The translations under genes and the position numbers were made by a program. Shown piece by piece: positions 18,036-27,908 of a stretch of DNA of 64,000 bases. Below the pieces are notes generated by a model. That model ran no database searches and had not been told where the DNA came from. It worked only from the letters and a program-made list of their open reading frames with translations. Positions within the stretch are counted from its first letter, which is position 1; the number at the start of each line of letters is the position of its first letter. This DNA is from Candidatus Saccharimonadales bacterium (GTDB lineage: Bacteria; Patescibacteriota; Saccharimonadia; Saccharimonadales; SZUA-47): contig JBBQVE010000001.1 of assembly GCA_038211855.1 (NCBI GenBank), forward strand, positions 17,648 to 81,647. The letters run 5' to 3'.

Positions 18036-18677
18036 ATGTATAAAAGTGTAATAGTTGTGCCTGGTTTTAGTGAAAGTATTCGTTTCACCGAAGGATTAGC
18101 GAACGAGCTTACCTCTGGCCCATTTGCTCTTGCAGAGGATGCCGACATTGTTCGTGTTGCAGATCTTTTTGATGATCCGCTCAAATACGAAGCTGCGATG
18201 TCAGAACGACTCGTTGTGACGCATTCCGCTGGAATCATGGCTGTAAATAAAGCAGCCGAGATTATTGCACTGAATGCCCCGGAGCCGACGCGTCTACGCA
18301 CCACGGTCCGTGGTGCGACGGTAATTGCTTTTGATAAGGCAGTAGGCAAAGAAGCTGGTATTTCAAGCGGAGGACTGCTTGAGCCTGTCTTAGAAGTCGC
18401 GAGACACCCCTTAATTAACGCCAAGATTCCGCTCGCCATACGTAAGTTCTCATCATCCCAGAAACTTATAGATAACGCCGATGCGTTTCCTGGTGGCCGG
18501 TCCCTATTTGCGACCGAACAAGATCAGTTTGGTTTTGCCCGACCTGAAGCGATAGCGCGAGCGAACGATAATGGAGTTTTTGCACGCATGCTACAAGGCA
18601 AACATAATCATGCAATGTTTCAACCAAAAGACATGATGAGTCAAATCGCCACGGCTCTAGCCGAACGCGTGTATTAA
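18036..18677 (+). CDS. Hypothetical protein, possibly alpha/beta-hydrolase-like
   Basis: 213 aa. VTHSAG resembles a nucleophile elbow (G/T-H-S-x-G). This is a weak call. Confidence 0.3.
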   Translation: MYKSVIVVPGFSESIRFTEGLANELTSGPFALAEDADIVRVADLFDDPLKYEAAMSERLVVTHSAGIMAVNKAAEIIALNAPEPTRLRTTVRGATVIAFDKAVGKEAGISSGGLLEPVLEVARHPLINAKIPLAIRKFSSSQKLIDNADAFPGGRSLFATEQDQFGFARPEAIARANDNGVFARMLQGKHNHAMFQPKDMMSQIATALAERVY

Positions 18678-18682
18678 CAAGT

Positions 18683-19846
18683 TTACATAGATTTGTGAGC
18701 GGCGCGCTCTTTGGCGAGTTGTTCTTTGGCAGCGTTCCAAAGGGCTGGGTCATTTTGTTTGACTTTGGCATAATACCACCACTCCACACCCCATAAATTG
18801 ATCTCTTTCATGCCTGTTGCAACACCGTAGTCGATGCGTTTTTTGAGGCGGTCGGGACTGAGTGATTTGTAGCCTTCGCTCAACGGCGCATTGGCAATGC
18901 CCATGAAACTGTCTGGCACCCAGGCTTCGGTTTGTAGTTCGTGGATAATCATGTTCTTCCCCGTCATAATCTCGGCACCGCCCGCAAGGCTGGCATAGAA
19001 CCAAGCCGGCAGTGGATATTCAAAGTACCGGTGCGAGACGGTCTTGTCCCAAACTCGTTTGTAAACTGAGATGCCAAACTCGTCAGGTCGAGGATCACCA
19101 AGCGGTAGGCCAATCCAGTTGTTGCTTCGGCTAATGATGACTTTATGGTTCGGATCCTGCGTTTTTACATAGTTGAATTCGTCGACAAGGCGGGAGCGAG
19201 TGAAGTCGGTGCACATTCCAAAGACGGTCAAAAAGAATTCATTTTCTAGCTGATAACTTTGCAGCGCTGGATTATCTTTGTATCTGTTAATCACTGCCCC
19301 CATGAAGGTTTTGAGTTGCGGTGCCCAGACACTCATCGGTTCCGTCTTTACCCATTCAGGTGGGTGACATTCCGGCCAACGCGGTTGTCTGATACCGAGT
19401 GCCAACGAAATCGTGCTATGTGTTTCTTGGGCCATCTTAAACTCCCAGTCAAGCTCGCTGAAGTCGTACGTGCCGTGGGTCTTTTCGATCACATCCCAGT
19501 AACTTACCAAACGGAAGCTGTGTATCCCGAGGTCTGTGATGAGGGCGTGCATGGTGTCTTTTGGGTCGAGCCCAAAGTAGTTGGCGTATTCAGGAATGAA
19601 CGTCGCACCGATGTTGAGGGGATCGTTGCGGTGCCTGAAGATATACCACTCGCCCACCCCGTACATACCCGAAAGAAAAACGAGAAACGCAGCCAGGATA
19701 GTGGCGATTACTTTTGTGAAAATATTTTTCTTCCAAAAGCGTTTGACTGATCGAAGAGGCGCTAAAGCAGAGCGCTTCCAGCGCGATACTGGAGGAACAA
19801 GTTTATCCGTCTTCTTAGGCTTACTCTTTAAGGGAGTCTTGGGCAT
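18683..19846 (-). CDS. Membrane-anchored glycoside hydrolase (TIM-barrel, GH5/GH113-like)
   Basis: 387 aa. An N-terminal TM helix is followed by QLENEFF (a candidate catalytic acid motif) and aromatic-rich barrel motifs. Family assignment is uncertain. Confidence 0.4.
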   Translation of the reverse strand: MPKTPLKSKPKKTDKLVPPVSRWKRSALAPLRSVKRFWKKNIFTKVIATILAAFLVFLSGMYGVGEWYIFRHRNDPLNIGATFIPEYANYFGLDPKDTMHALITDLGIHSFRLVSYWDVIEKTHGTYDFSELDWEFKMAQETHSTISLALGIRQPRWPECHPPEWVKTEPMSVWAPQLKTFMGAVINRYKDNPALQSYQLENEFFLTVFGMCTDFTRSRLVDEFNYVKTQDPNHKVIISRSNNWIGLPLGDPRPDEFGISVYKRVWDKTVSHRYFEYPLPAWFYASLAGGAEIMTGKNMIIHELQTEAWVPDSFMGIANAPLSEGYKSLSPDRLKKRIDYGVATGMKEINLWGVEWWYYAKVKQNDPALWNAAKEQLAKERAAHKSM

Positions 19847-19866
19847 TTTCTGCTACTATCATAGTA

Positions 19867-20733
19867 ATGGCTAAAGATGCATTACGCTTAAGCTTAGTTA
19901 TACCAGTTTATAACGAAGAGCACCATATCAAAGGCTGCTTAGAAGCTGTTAAAACACAGACGGTTGCGCCGTTTGAAGTCATTATTGTCGATAATAATTG
20001 CACCGATAGCACCATCGGCATCGCCAAGCAGTATTCGTTCGTCAAAGTTGTTAAAGAGACACAACAAGGTCGTGGCTGGGCGCGCTCCTCAGGCTTTGAC
20101 GTGGCGCGTGGCGAGATTATCGGCCGAATAGACGCCGACAGCCGCATTGACCCAAATTGGGTGGAGCGCGCCCTTAGTCGGTTTGAACATACTGTTGATC
20201 TTATGGGTATAACGGGTCTCGGAAACGCCAGTATGTTACCGCGCACTGGACTGATTCTCGGCACATTTTGGTCACGAGCCTACTACTGGGTTGTGCACAG
20301 CACATTTCATACCATCACGATGTGGGGCGCAAATATGGCGATTCATCGTTCGGCGTGGCTCAAAGTGCGCGACAACGTCTGTAATGACGATGTAATTGTT
20401 CACGAAGATCAGGACATCTCTCTCTGTATGGCGGCAAAAGGGATGCGCATCGAGCAGGATAATCACCTCGTTATTACCACACGTGGCCAAACGTATCATT
20501 ACTTCCCAAAAATTATTCATTATTGGCAGCTTGAGCACAGCACCCTGCATCATCATCAAAAAAGAGGCACTTTTCAGGCAGAAAACTTCCCGAGACTCAG
20601 TTTTTGGAGCACCCTGCCTGGCCAACTGTATTCCTATGTGATTGGCGTCCCGTTTCTTGTTCTTAGCGTTATCTTACTACCGATTGATCTGTTGATGGTG
20701 TTGTTAGGCTATAAAAGAACCTGGCTCGACTAA
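19867..20733 (+). CDS. Family 2 glycosyltransferase
   Basis: LSLVIPVYNEE.., VIIVDNNCTD and the DAD motif (RIDADSR) are present. C-terminal TM helices follow. Confidence 0.7.
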   Translation: MAKDALRLSLVIPVYNEEHHIKGCLEAVKTQTVAPFEVIIVDNNCTDSTIGIAKQYSFVKVVKETQQGRGWARSSGFDVARGEIIGRIDADSRIDPNWVERALSRFEHTVDLMGITGLGNASMLPRTGLILGTFWSRAYYWVVHSTFHTITMWGANMAIHRSAWLKVRDNVCNDDVIVHEDQDISLCMAAKGMRIEQDNHLVITTRGQTYHYFPKIIHYWQLEHSTLHHHQKRGTFQAENFPRLSFWSTLPGQLYSYVIGVPFLVLSVILLPIDLLMVLLGYKRTWLD

Positions 20734-21251
20734 GCGCCTGGACAGCTGGCCCACATGCCAACTTTGCTAGTTTGCGCTTTAGACTGCATTGCTTTGAAGG
20801 TGGGCATTTTGGTAAATGGAAAGCCAGTGTAGGCATGGGCATAGCCGAGGCTAATCAAACGTTGATTGTACAACGTACCATCTGTTAAATAGACATATCG
20901 TAGTAGACGGCCGTAGCGGTCGCGGTTAGTGGAGAGTGGATCGAGGGTCAGCTTGACGCGGGTGCCGGCTTTGAGGTGGCTGTGGGTGTAAGCGCTGGCC
21001 TCGGGGCCGTAGCACTGCACGGGTTTGCGCGGGTCGACGGTTTCCGGCGTGTCAGCACCAATGAAGCGGATTTTTTCATCGACACCCTGCATATCAACGG
21101 CGATGGTGTCGCCATCGAATACCTTGCTCACGCGGTAAGTACCAACTTCGTTCCTGCCAAAGTATGCTCCGCCAATTACTGCCACAAGTAAACAAAACAT
21201 TAGTATTTTACGTGCTTTTTGACTTCTAAGCCATTCCGTCATGTAAAACAC
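20730..21251 (-). CDS. Secreted thermonuclease (staphylococcal-nuclease-like, SNase)
   Basis: A signal/TM segment is followed by the SNase motifs VFDGDTIAV, IRFIGADTPE and GRLLRYVY. Confidence 0.65.
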   Translation of the reverse strand: MFYMTEWLRSQKARKILMFCLLVAVIGGAYFGRNEVGTYRVSKVFDGDTIAVDMQGVDEKIRFIGADTPETVDPRKPVQCYGPEASAYTHSHLKAGTRVKLTLDPLSTNRDRYGRLLRYVYLTDGTLYNQRLISLGYAHAYTGFPFTKMPTFKAMQSKAQTSKVGMWASCPGA

Positions 21252-21284
21252 AATGTACCACCGTTACTCGGCCTCCTGCAATGT

Positions 21285-21803
21285 CTAATTTACAAGACCG
21301 AGCGCACGGGTCACATATGTTGTAGTAATCTTGGTGCCATCGAGGGCAATATAGGCTTCGTTTTTGTGTGGTGGCTCAAAAATATCGGCAATGCGGTCGA
21401 ACATAGTATCCGGTGTTTCACCGGCGGGTACCAAAACTTCTGTCTGTGTCGCGAGTCGACGTTGTTTAGCGGTACCTTTTGGTACCATTAGCCATAGTAG
21501 CTTCGACTCAGCTTGCACGTGCCGAGCAAGCTGATACTTCTCACTGCGATGTTCAAAGCGGTTTAGGTTTGCATCATACACAACACTCGTGCCATCATTT
21601 AGTAGCCGCGCACATTCTTCGTCGAGTTTTTTATACAGTTCATCATGCTCAGTCTGAGTAAAAATAGGCTTTTTGAACAGACTAAGACGATACGTATCAG
21701 AAGAAAGATGTATAGCGCCTGTTAATTTGCTAATCTCACGGGCGGCTGTCGTCTTGCCTGATCCTGGTAATCCCAATAACAAGTAAAGCGTTGCTTTAGC
21801 CAC
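21285..21803 (-). CDS. P-loop kinase-like ATP-binding protein (AAA_33 / zeta-toxin-like fold)
   Basis: The Walker A motif GLPGSGKTT is present. At 172 aa it fits the small nucleotide/polynucleotide-kinase-like size. Confidence 0.5.
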   Translation of the reverse strand: MAKATLYLLLGLPGSGKTTAAREISKLTGAIHLSSDTYRLSLFKKPIFTQTEHDELYKKLDEECARLLNDGTSVVYDANLNRFEHRSEKYQLARHVQAESKLLWLMVPKGTAKQRRLATQTEVLVPAGETPDTMFDRIADIFEPPHKNEAYIALDGTKITTTYVTRALGLVN

Positions 21804-22443
21804 GATGTTCAGGGTGCTTGTGTGATGAAAAATCGCGTGATACGAGGATGAACGCGCACGGTACTAAGATAATGCCACAGACTGCCCAGAAAATCCTGAA
21901 CCACCCAATCTGCAAATTATTGCCGATCTTGAGAGAATGAATAAAAATCAGAAACATCGCAACCGCTTGACTCACGCTCACCCATGGCCAATAGCGCGCT
22001 ACCCATGGGCGGCTTTTCATTCGTTTAAAGAACTCATAAGAGATAAAGACGAAGAAAGAAAAGCTACCCAAAGCAACTGCCCAGTTCACGCTCGGTGGTA
22101 AATAGCGATAGTAGCTGAGTGGTGGAAAGCCTTTGCCGGCCTTGTACTGTGCATAAGCGAAGATGGCAGGGTGTAACAAGATGCAGACCAGGACGATATA
22201 GCCTGTAACGCGACTGTAAAGTTTGGTTCGCCATTGCATTGCTCCCCAAAAGTAATGCGTCCACATTGTGAGCCACGCTAACATACCAAGGAGTGGAAAC
22301 AGTCCAAAGGCGCTGATATTGTTTGTCTTCCAGCCTAAGCTTTTTGCCCAAACATAAAAGGCTACGCTGCTAAGAACGAACAGAACTGCCCACATAATGG
22401 GAGCGCGGCGAGTATTTATTTGATCAGATGGTTCGTGCTGCAT
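21796..22443 (-). CDS. Hypothetical polytopic membrane protein
   Basis: 215 aa, Trp-rich, with about 6 TM segments. Confidence 0.4.
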   Translation of the reverse strand: MQHEPSDQINTRRAPIMWAVLFVLSSVAFYVWAKSLGWKTNNISAFGLFPLLGMLAWLTMWTHYFWGAMQWRTKLYSRVTGYIVLVCILLHPAIFAYAQYKAGKGFPPLSYYRYLPPSVNWAVALGSFSFFVFISYEFFKRMKSRPWVARYWPWVSVSQAVAMFLIFIHSLKIGNNLQIGWFRIFWAVCGIILVPCAFILVSRDFSSHKHPEHRG

Positions 22444-22489
22444 ATCTGATGCTTATGCTATCACTTCAGACTTGAAAGCGCGAGCCGAA

Positions 22490-23068
22490 CTACATATCTA
22501 TGAGATTAAGCGTTTCGCGGTAAGCGTCAGGGCTTGGATTGGTGGCCGAATGAAGACTAGTTGCCATAAAATGGAGCACATCACCCGGATTAATTTCTAT
22601 TGTGTGTAGTATCTCATTTGGACGGCGAGGATTATGCAGATTGAAGTGACCGGGTAGCTGCAAACCAACAACGCGCGATGATCCGCTTCTGTCATGGTGT
22701 GGTACAAGCATTGCCTCCGGTGCATAAGACTGTAGAAATCTCACCTCGGACGGTGTGCCGGTGATTTCGTCAATAATATCTGCCAACTGTGAAAGTATGA
22801 GTGCAGCGGCCGTCTCCCAAGTTTCTGGTTCGTTCTCCTCGGGTTGATAGATATCGGCGATCGCCGGCGTTCTTTTCGCGCCTTCGGGATAGGAGAGCCA
22901 AGCTTTCAGGACGCCCGTTACGTCGACAGCCTGGTTTATTGGAGCATTGAAGAAGAGCGGACGGCGCTGCTCGCGGAACCGGCTTATCAGTGCACCATAA
23001 CTGGCAGCTTCATCAGCATCAAGGACACCTCGATAGAGAGTGGCTTCATCAAAGCTATCGACGAACAT
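22490..23068 (-). CDS. Hypothetical protein (possible cupin / 2OG-oxygenase-like)
   Basis: 192 aa. PHHD...H spacing suggests a metal site. This is a weak call. Confidence 0.3.
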   Translation of the reverse strand: MFVDSFDEATLYRGVLDADEAASYGALISRFREQRRPLFFNAPINQAVDVTGVLKAWLSYPEGAKRTPAIADIYQPEENEPETWETAAALILSQLADIIDEITGTPSEVRFLQSYAPEAMLVPHHDRSGSSRVVGLQLPGHFNLHNPRRPNEILHTIEINPGDVLHFMATSLHSATNPSPDAYRETLNLIDM

Positions 23069-23070
23069 AG

Positions 23071-23646
23071 CTAAAAGTCGATGCCTTTGTTGGCGAGGAA
23101 TTTATCGTCAAAATGGTGCTTCAGCTTGGTCATGTTGGTGGCAATATCTACGAGAGGCAAAAACTTGTCTGGGAAGTTACGTCCAGTGACACAGATACTG
23201 GTTTTTGGGTCGCGGTTCTTCAGGAGGTTTTCGAGGTCTTTGGCTGGCAGGAGTCCATCATGTATAGAGTTATTAATTTCATCACAAATCACGAGGTCAT
23301 AGTTGCCACTCTTGGCATAGCCAAGAGCCTTTTTGTAGGTGTCGAGGGCGGCTTTTTTATGTTCGTCAGCAGTAACGTTCTTGGCGCTCATGTCGCCAGC
23401 GTTATAAAAGCCTTTGCCTCCTTTGTAGTATGTAAGCTGCTTTCCAAACACATTCGTTTCAATAAGTTTGGCAATCGCTAACGATTCACCCGTTTCCCAG
23501 GTTTTCACAAATTGCACATAAGCCACTTTCCAGCCGCGCCCAAGCGCACGAAGTAATAATCCCAAAGAAGCACTCGTCTTGCCCTTGCCATCTCCGGTAT
23601 ACACCACTGCAACGGATTGCTTTGTCTCAAAATCTTCAAATGCCAT
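23071..23646 (-). CDS. Cob(I)yrinic acid a,c-diamide / corrinoid adenosyltransferase (CobA/BtuR family)
   Basis: The P-loop VYTGDGKGKTSA matches the GNGKGKTTAA signature, and the C-terminal motif DLVICDEI is present. Confidence 0.55.
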   Translation of the reverse strand: MAFEDFETKQSVAVVYTGDGKGKTSASLGLLLRALGRGWKVAYVQFVKTWETGESLAIAKLIETNVFGKQLTYYKGGKGFYNAGDMSAKNVTADEHKKAALDTYKKALGYAKSGNYDLVICDEINNSIHDGLLPAKDLENLLKNRDPKTSICVTGRNFPDKFLPLVDIATNMTKLKHHFDDKFLANKGIDF

Positions 23647-23804
23647 ACCCTTAGTGTACGTGCTAGTACTCGTTCTAAAAAGACAAAAAATACAATTATG
23701 TGGTATTTGTTACTATAATTTGTAAAAAGTGTTCTGGTATGTAAGACTAGGATATCAATACAACTGAAATTACTTCTCTTTCTCCTGCCGACCAACAGTT
23801 ACAG

Positions 23805-24533
23805 TTGATGCCTCTGAGTGGTATAACGGGTCGTTTTGGGACTGAAGGTCTCGGGAGGCGTTTCAGCCTAGAGATTGCTGATTTCCCCTTAGATGACCAA
23901 CAATTCTGCAATAGCGCATTGTATATGGCGACTTATCTGCACCGTGAAGATATGTATAAAGGAATTAGCTATTCCTCGCATCTACTTCGTACTGCACTTC
24001 GACTCATTCGAGATTACGATGTGACTGAACCTGACATGATTGCGGCGATGCTACTGCATGATTCGGTCGAAGATCACGCTGATGAAATTATAGAATTGTC
24101 GCCGTTTGAGGTACCCGATGGTACCTTGCATGCCATGGCAGGTTTTGTCATTGCGCGTGCGTTTACGGAACGGACGAGCGACCTTGTGATTTCGGTGACA
24201 AACCCGCCGGCAACCGAAGTATTATCGATAGAGCAATTCAGGGAACTTTATGCCGAAAACGTGAAGAACAAAATCGCGACTAGTTCCACGACTTTTTTAT
24301 TAAAATTATCTGACTTTACCGATAACGGCCTCGGTTTTCTGTGGACTGAAAATCCTGCCACCTTGCGGAAGTTTGCGCTCAAGTATTACCCGGTTTGTGA
24401 CATTTTTATTACCCAGCTAGATGTGTATCGGCAGTCTGGAGCGCTGACAGAGCAGCAATCCGATATGGCGCTCAAACAGCTTACGCACGGAAAAGCAAAG
24501 ATGGAAAAAGTTCTTGGGTTGCCGACAGTTTAG
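23805..24533 (+). CDS. HD-domain phosphohydrolase (RelA/SpoT-type, possible (p)ppGpp hydrolase)
   Basis: LLHDSVEDH resembles the LLHDVVEDT HD motif of SpoT-like hydrolases. Confidence 0.45.
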   Translation: MMPLSGITGRFGTEGLGRRFSLEIADFPLDDQQFCNSALYMATYLHREDMYKGISYSSHLLRTALRLIRDYDVTEPDMIAAMLLHDSVEDHADEIIELSPFEVPDGTLHAMAGFVIARAFTERTSDLVISVTNPPATEVLSIEQFRELYAENVKNKIATSSTTFLLKLSDFTDNGLGFLWTENPATLRKFALKYYPVCDIFITQLDVYRQSGALTEQQSDMALKQLTHGKAKMEKVLGLPTV

Positions 24534-24877
24534 TCGGTTGCAGCATCGCGCATATGTTCGTAATGTACCAACCACTCGCTGAGCTGTAGTTCTACCTGGG
24601 CTCGCTCTTTTTGGTCAGGTTCTCGGGCTTTAAACAGATGAGCATCGGCAATTTGAATGCGCGGATCGTCATGTTCCTCATCGGCAATATCCGGGTCTAG
24701 CCACCCAGCTCGCATCTGAGAAAGCAGCTGCTCATCGTCTACTTCTAAAGATCCTGCTTCGCCACTAAGGACAACCATAATAACGCCAATTCGGCGCTCC
24801 AGATCTTTGCGACTAAAGTGGGCATACTGAGCTTCGATGCCCACCTGTAGCTTGTCGCCACCGTCAGGAATGCTCAT
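24530..24877 (-). CDS. Acidic hypothetical protein (115 aa)
   Basis: A strong RBS AAGGAGG lies upstream. The gene immediately follows the glutaredoxin-like gene, consistent with an operon. Confidence 0.4.
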   Translation of the reverse strand: MSIPDGGDKLQVGIEAQYAHFSRKDLERRIGVIMVVLSGEAGSLEVDDEQLLSQMRAGWLDPDIADEEHDDPRIQIADAHLFKAREPDQKERAQVELQLSEWLVHYEHMRDAATD

Positions 24878-24896
24878 GGTATGCCTCCTTATTTAA

Positions 24897-25139
24897 TTAC
24901 AGTTTGGCGAGCGCAGCGTCGATACGCGGTCGGTCAAATCCCACAATTACTTCCTTACCAACACGGATGACAGGTACGCCCATCTGACCGGTCTCTTCAA
25001 CTATTTTCTGGCCGGCGGCAGTATCGACCTCTATATCTACCTCGTTATATTTGACGTTTTTGCTATCAAAATACTGTTTTGCTGCCTTGCAAAAAGCACA
25101 CCAGGTGGTGCTGTAAACGGTGACTTGGGCTTCTGCCAT
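24897..25139 (-). CDS. Glutaredoxin-like protein (NrdH/YruB-like)
   Basis: 80 aa with a thioredoxin fold and the CxxC active site WCAFC, followed by GQMGVPVI. Confidence 0.65.
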   Translation of the reverse strand: MAEAQVTVYSTTWCAFCKAAKQYFDSKNVKYNEVDIEVDTAAGQKIVEETGQMGVPVIRVGKEVIVGFDRPRIDAALAKL

Positions 25140-25236
25140 ATGGGTGCTCCTTATCTTTTATCAAGATGTTTGTAGTTACTATACATAGTATAGCATCTCT
25201 TGCAATACCCTTAAAGGTGTCTGTTACACTAAAAAC

Positions 25237-25848
25237 ATGAGCAAAAAAATTTTGGCTGGACTGATAGGAGCATTGTTTCTTGGTTTCGTTATGTTTGCAG
25301 GACTACGGATGGTGCTTGCAAAAAATAAGGCGGTTCATTACCATGCAAATTTTGCCTTGTTTGTGAATGGCAAACGTGAAACTTTCGATAACTTTACGTT
25401 TTACGAAGAGGAGGCTGCCTGTGACCTTGCACAGGCTGATAACCCCAAGCACAATGCCCACATGCATGATAAGGTGAATGACCTCATCCACGTCCATGCC
25501 AGCGCTGTCACATGGGGTGCCTTCTTTGCCAACATTGGCTTCACTCTCGGTAACAAAGTAGTAACCACCGAAAACGGGGTATTTGTAGATGGTCAGGATG
25601 GTAATAGATTGCAATTTATTCTAAATGGCACCTCAATCACATCTGCCGAAAACAGAGTTATAAAATCTGAAGATGCCCTTCTGATCTCTTACGGACCAGA
25701 TGATGCGACCGGGCTTACGGACCAGTATAAGCAGATCAAGCATTCGGCCGCTGCGGCAAATGCCAGTAAAGACCCTGCTGGGTGCGGAGGGAGCGCGACA
25801 CTTACTTTAAGTGAGCGCTTCAAAAGAGCGTTCGACTTCACGAAGTAA
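25237..25848 (+). CDS. Hypothetical membrane-anchored secreted protein
   Basis: 203 aa with an N-terminal TM helix. It is His-rich (HYHANF, HNAHMHDKV...HVH). Confidence 0.35.
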   Translation: MSKKILAGLIGALFLGFVMFAGLRMVLAKNKAVHYHANFALFVNGKRETFDNFTFYEEEAACDLAQADNPKHNAHMHDKVNDLIHVHASAVTWGAFFANIGFTLGNKVVTTENGVFVDGQDGNRLQFILNGTSITSAENRVIKSEDALLISYGPDDATGLTDQYKQIKHSAAAANASKDPAGCGGSATLTLSERFKRAFDFTK

Positions 25849-25905
25849 AATCCATTAAATGTGATATTGCGCACACATCAATCTGTTGCTATAATGTAGC
25901 TACTA

Positions 25906-26247
25906 ATGGGAAAAGCCGCCGCGAAACGCACGACGACTATTGACCCTGTCGATGAGAAGATCGTACAGGCTACTAAGGCACTCGCAGCGCAACAGTTCAT
26001 GGGTGCATCTCTGAATATGGGATGGAGACTGGCTATTACCGTAGTTGTGCCAATTGTGGCCGGCGTCAAAATTGACGATCACTTCCACACATCGCCTTCT
26101 TACACGCTTGTGGGTGTCATGCTCGCAGCTGTAGCTGGAAGTGCTGCTGTGTGGTCAACCATCAAACAAGTCAATAAAGATCAGTCCGATGAAGAAGCAT
26201 ACGAAAAGAAAGTAGCCGAGAAACTTAAGCGAAAGGAAAAAGCATGA
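25906..26247 (+). CDS. atpI: ATP synthase protein I-like small membrane protein
   Basis: 113 aa with 2 TM helices. Its stop overlaps the atpB start (ATGA). Confidence 0.4.
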   Translation: MGKAAAKRTTTIDPVDEKIVQATKALAAQQFMGASLNMGWRLAITVVVPIVAGVKIDDHFHTSPSYTLVGVMLAAVAGSAAVWSTIKQVNKDQSDEEAYEKKVAEKLKRKEKA

Positions 26248-27086
26248 TAGGAAGTTTGTTACAGCGATTTGCGATTGATCCAATCATTCACATAACGCCA
26301 CTAACCATCTTTACAATAAAAGGCTTTGCAGTGACGAACTCAATGTTTTATGGCTTGCTTTGTTCTGTTCTTATACTCGTTTTGCTTATAGTTGCTGCCA
26401 AGAAGATGACCTTGAAGCCTAAAGGCGGTATTATCCAGATATTCGAAATTGGGACTGATTTCATCACTGATCTGCTGAAGAGCTCGCTGAACAGCGAGGA
26501 AAAAGCCGTCAAATACGCTCCGTATTTCGTCTCAATCTTTTTCTTCATATTGCTATCTAACTGGCTTGGGCTTTTGCCTTTTGTCGGAGAGGCTTTCACA
26601 TCGCACGGCGAACCGTTGACGCGTCCTTTTACGGCTGACCTCAACGGAACCTTAGCTGCTGCCACTGTTACGTGGCTTTTGATTCAGTATTTCTCAATTA
26701 GAGAGTCTGGCTTTTTCAAGCACATCCGCCACTACTTTAATGGCAGCTTGAAAAATCCTATTACCTTGCTTCTTGGCATTTTTGAAATGTTCTCTGACCT
26801 CACGCGCATCTTCTCACTAGCGCTTCGTTTGTTCTTAAATGTTGCCATCGGCGAAATTATCATTGCAGTATTTTCTGCACTTGGTGGTTCTGCCGGCTGG
26901 GTGACTGCCCTGCCCTTCACTATCCTTGAACTTCTTGTCGGTGGGTTGCAGGCTTATATCTTCGTCATGCTGTCCATCATGTATTTGGCGGTCGCCGTCA
27001 ACCATGGAGGCCATGAGGGGAGTACCGAAGACCACTTGACCGTTGATGAAGTCGTCAAAGCTGAAGTCGGTAAAGCCGCTAATTAA
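26244..27086 (+). CDS. atpB: F0 ATP synthase subunit a
   Basis: It is polytopic and carries the conserved LALRLFLNVAIGE (essential Arg) region. Confidence 0.8.
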   Translation: MIGSLLQRFAIDPIIHITPLTIFTIKGFAVTNSMFYGLLCSVLILVLLIVAAKKMTLKPKGGIIQIFEIGTDFITDLLKSSLNSEEKAVKYAPYFVSIFFFILLSNWLGLLPFVGEAFTSHGEPLTRPFTADLNGTLAAATVTWLLIQYFSIRESGFFKHIRHYFNGSLKNPITLLLGIFEMFSDLTRIFSLALRLFLNVAIGEIIIAVFSALGGSAGWVTALPFTILELLVGGLQAYIFVMLSIMYLAVAVNHGGHEGSTEDHLTVDEVVKAEVGKAAN

Positions 27087-27117
27087 TCGTAATTAAAGTA
27101 ATTAAAGGAGCTAGTAA

Positions 27118-27348
27118 ATGTTTAACGCTGCAGATGCAATCAATACCACCGTCCTCGCTAAAGGTATCATGATGGGTTTTGGTATGTTCGGACCAGCAAT
27201 TGGTATTGGACTTATCGGTAACGCTTTCATGAATGCTGTTGGTCGCAACCCAGAAGCCAGTAAGTACCTTGGTCAAGTGTTGGTCATCATCGCTATTATC
27301 GAGCTTATGGCACTTCTCGTCTTTGCCTCAGTCTTTATTATTAAATAA
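27118..27348 (+). CDS. atpE: F0 ATP synthase subunit c
   Basis: 76 aa forming a hairpin of 2 TM helices, with the GxGxGxG region (GIGLIGNA) and the ion-binding Glu in AIIELMAL. Confidence 0.85.
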   Translation: MFNAADAINTTVLAKGIMMGFGMFGPAIGIGLIGNAFMNAVGRNPEASKYLGQVLVIIAIIELMALLVFASVFIIK

Positions 27349-27371
27349 ACTCCAAGTGAAAGGAACATTGC

Positions 27372-27908
27372 ATGATACACATGTTATTTGCAGCTGATTC
27401 AGCCGCCAGTGATTCACCGCTGGCAGCACTTGGGGTGAATGGAAAGAGCTTCTTGTTCTCTCTGGTCACGTTTACCCTTGCCTTCTTGCTGCTCCGGCGC
27501 TTTGCACTGAAGCCGATTACCAAGATGCTGGCTGAGCGTCGCAGGGTCATTTCTGACGGCATTTTGCTCGGTGAGCAAATGGAAAAAGAAAAGGCTCGTC
27601 TTGACGGAACTGCTGCCGAAATCGTTCGTGAAGCCCGTCATGAAGCTGACAAAATTATCTCAATCGCGCACAAAGAATCTCGTGAATTGATTCATTTGGC
27701 GGAAAAAGATGCCAAAGTCAAAGTTGAAGCCATTATGAAAGATGCCGACGAGCGCATCGGCGAAGATGCTGATCGTGCCCGGCGTGGTGTCGAAAAAGAC
27801 ATTGTGAACTTGGTATCTGAAGCCACCGAAGCAGTCGTCGGTGAAACGATTGACGGTAGCAAAGACGCTGCCATTGTCGACCGAATCGTGAAAGGCCGCA
27901 AAAGATAA
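27372..27908 (+). CDS. atpF: F0 ATP synthase subunit b
   Basis: An N-terminal TM helix is followed by a long charged helix. Confidence 0.7.
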   Translation: MIHMLFAADSAASDSPLAALGVNGKSFLFSLVTFTLAFLLLRRFALKPITKMLAERRRVISDGILLGEQMEKEKARLDGTAAEIVREARHEADKIISIAHKESRELIHLAEKDAKVKVEAIMKDADERIGEDADRARRGVEKDIVNLVSEATEAVVGETIDGSKDAAIVDRIVKGRKR

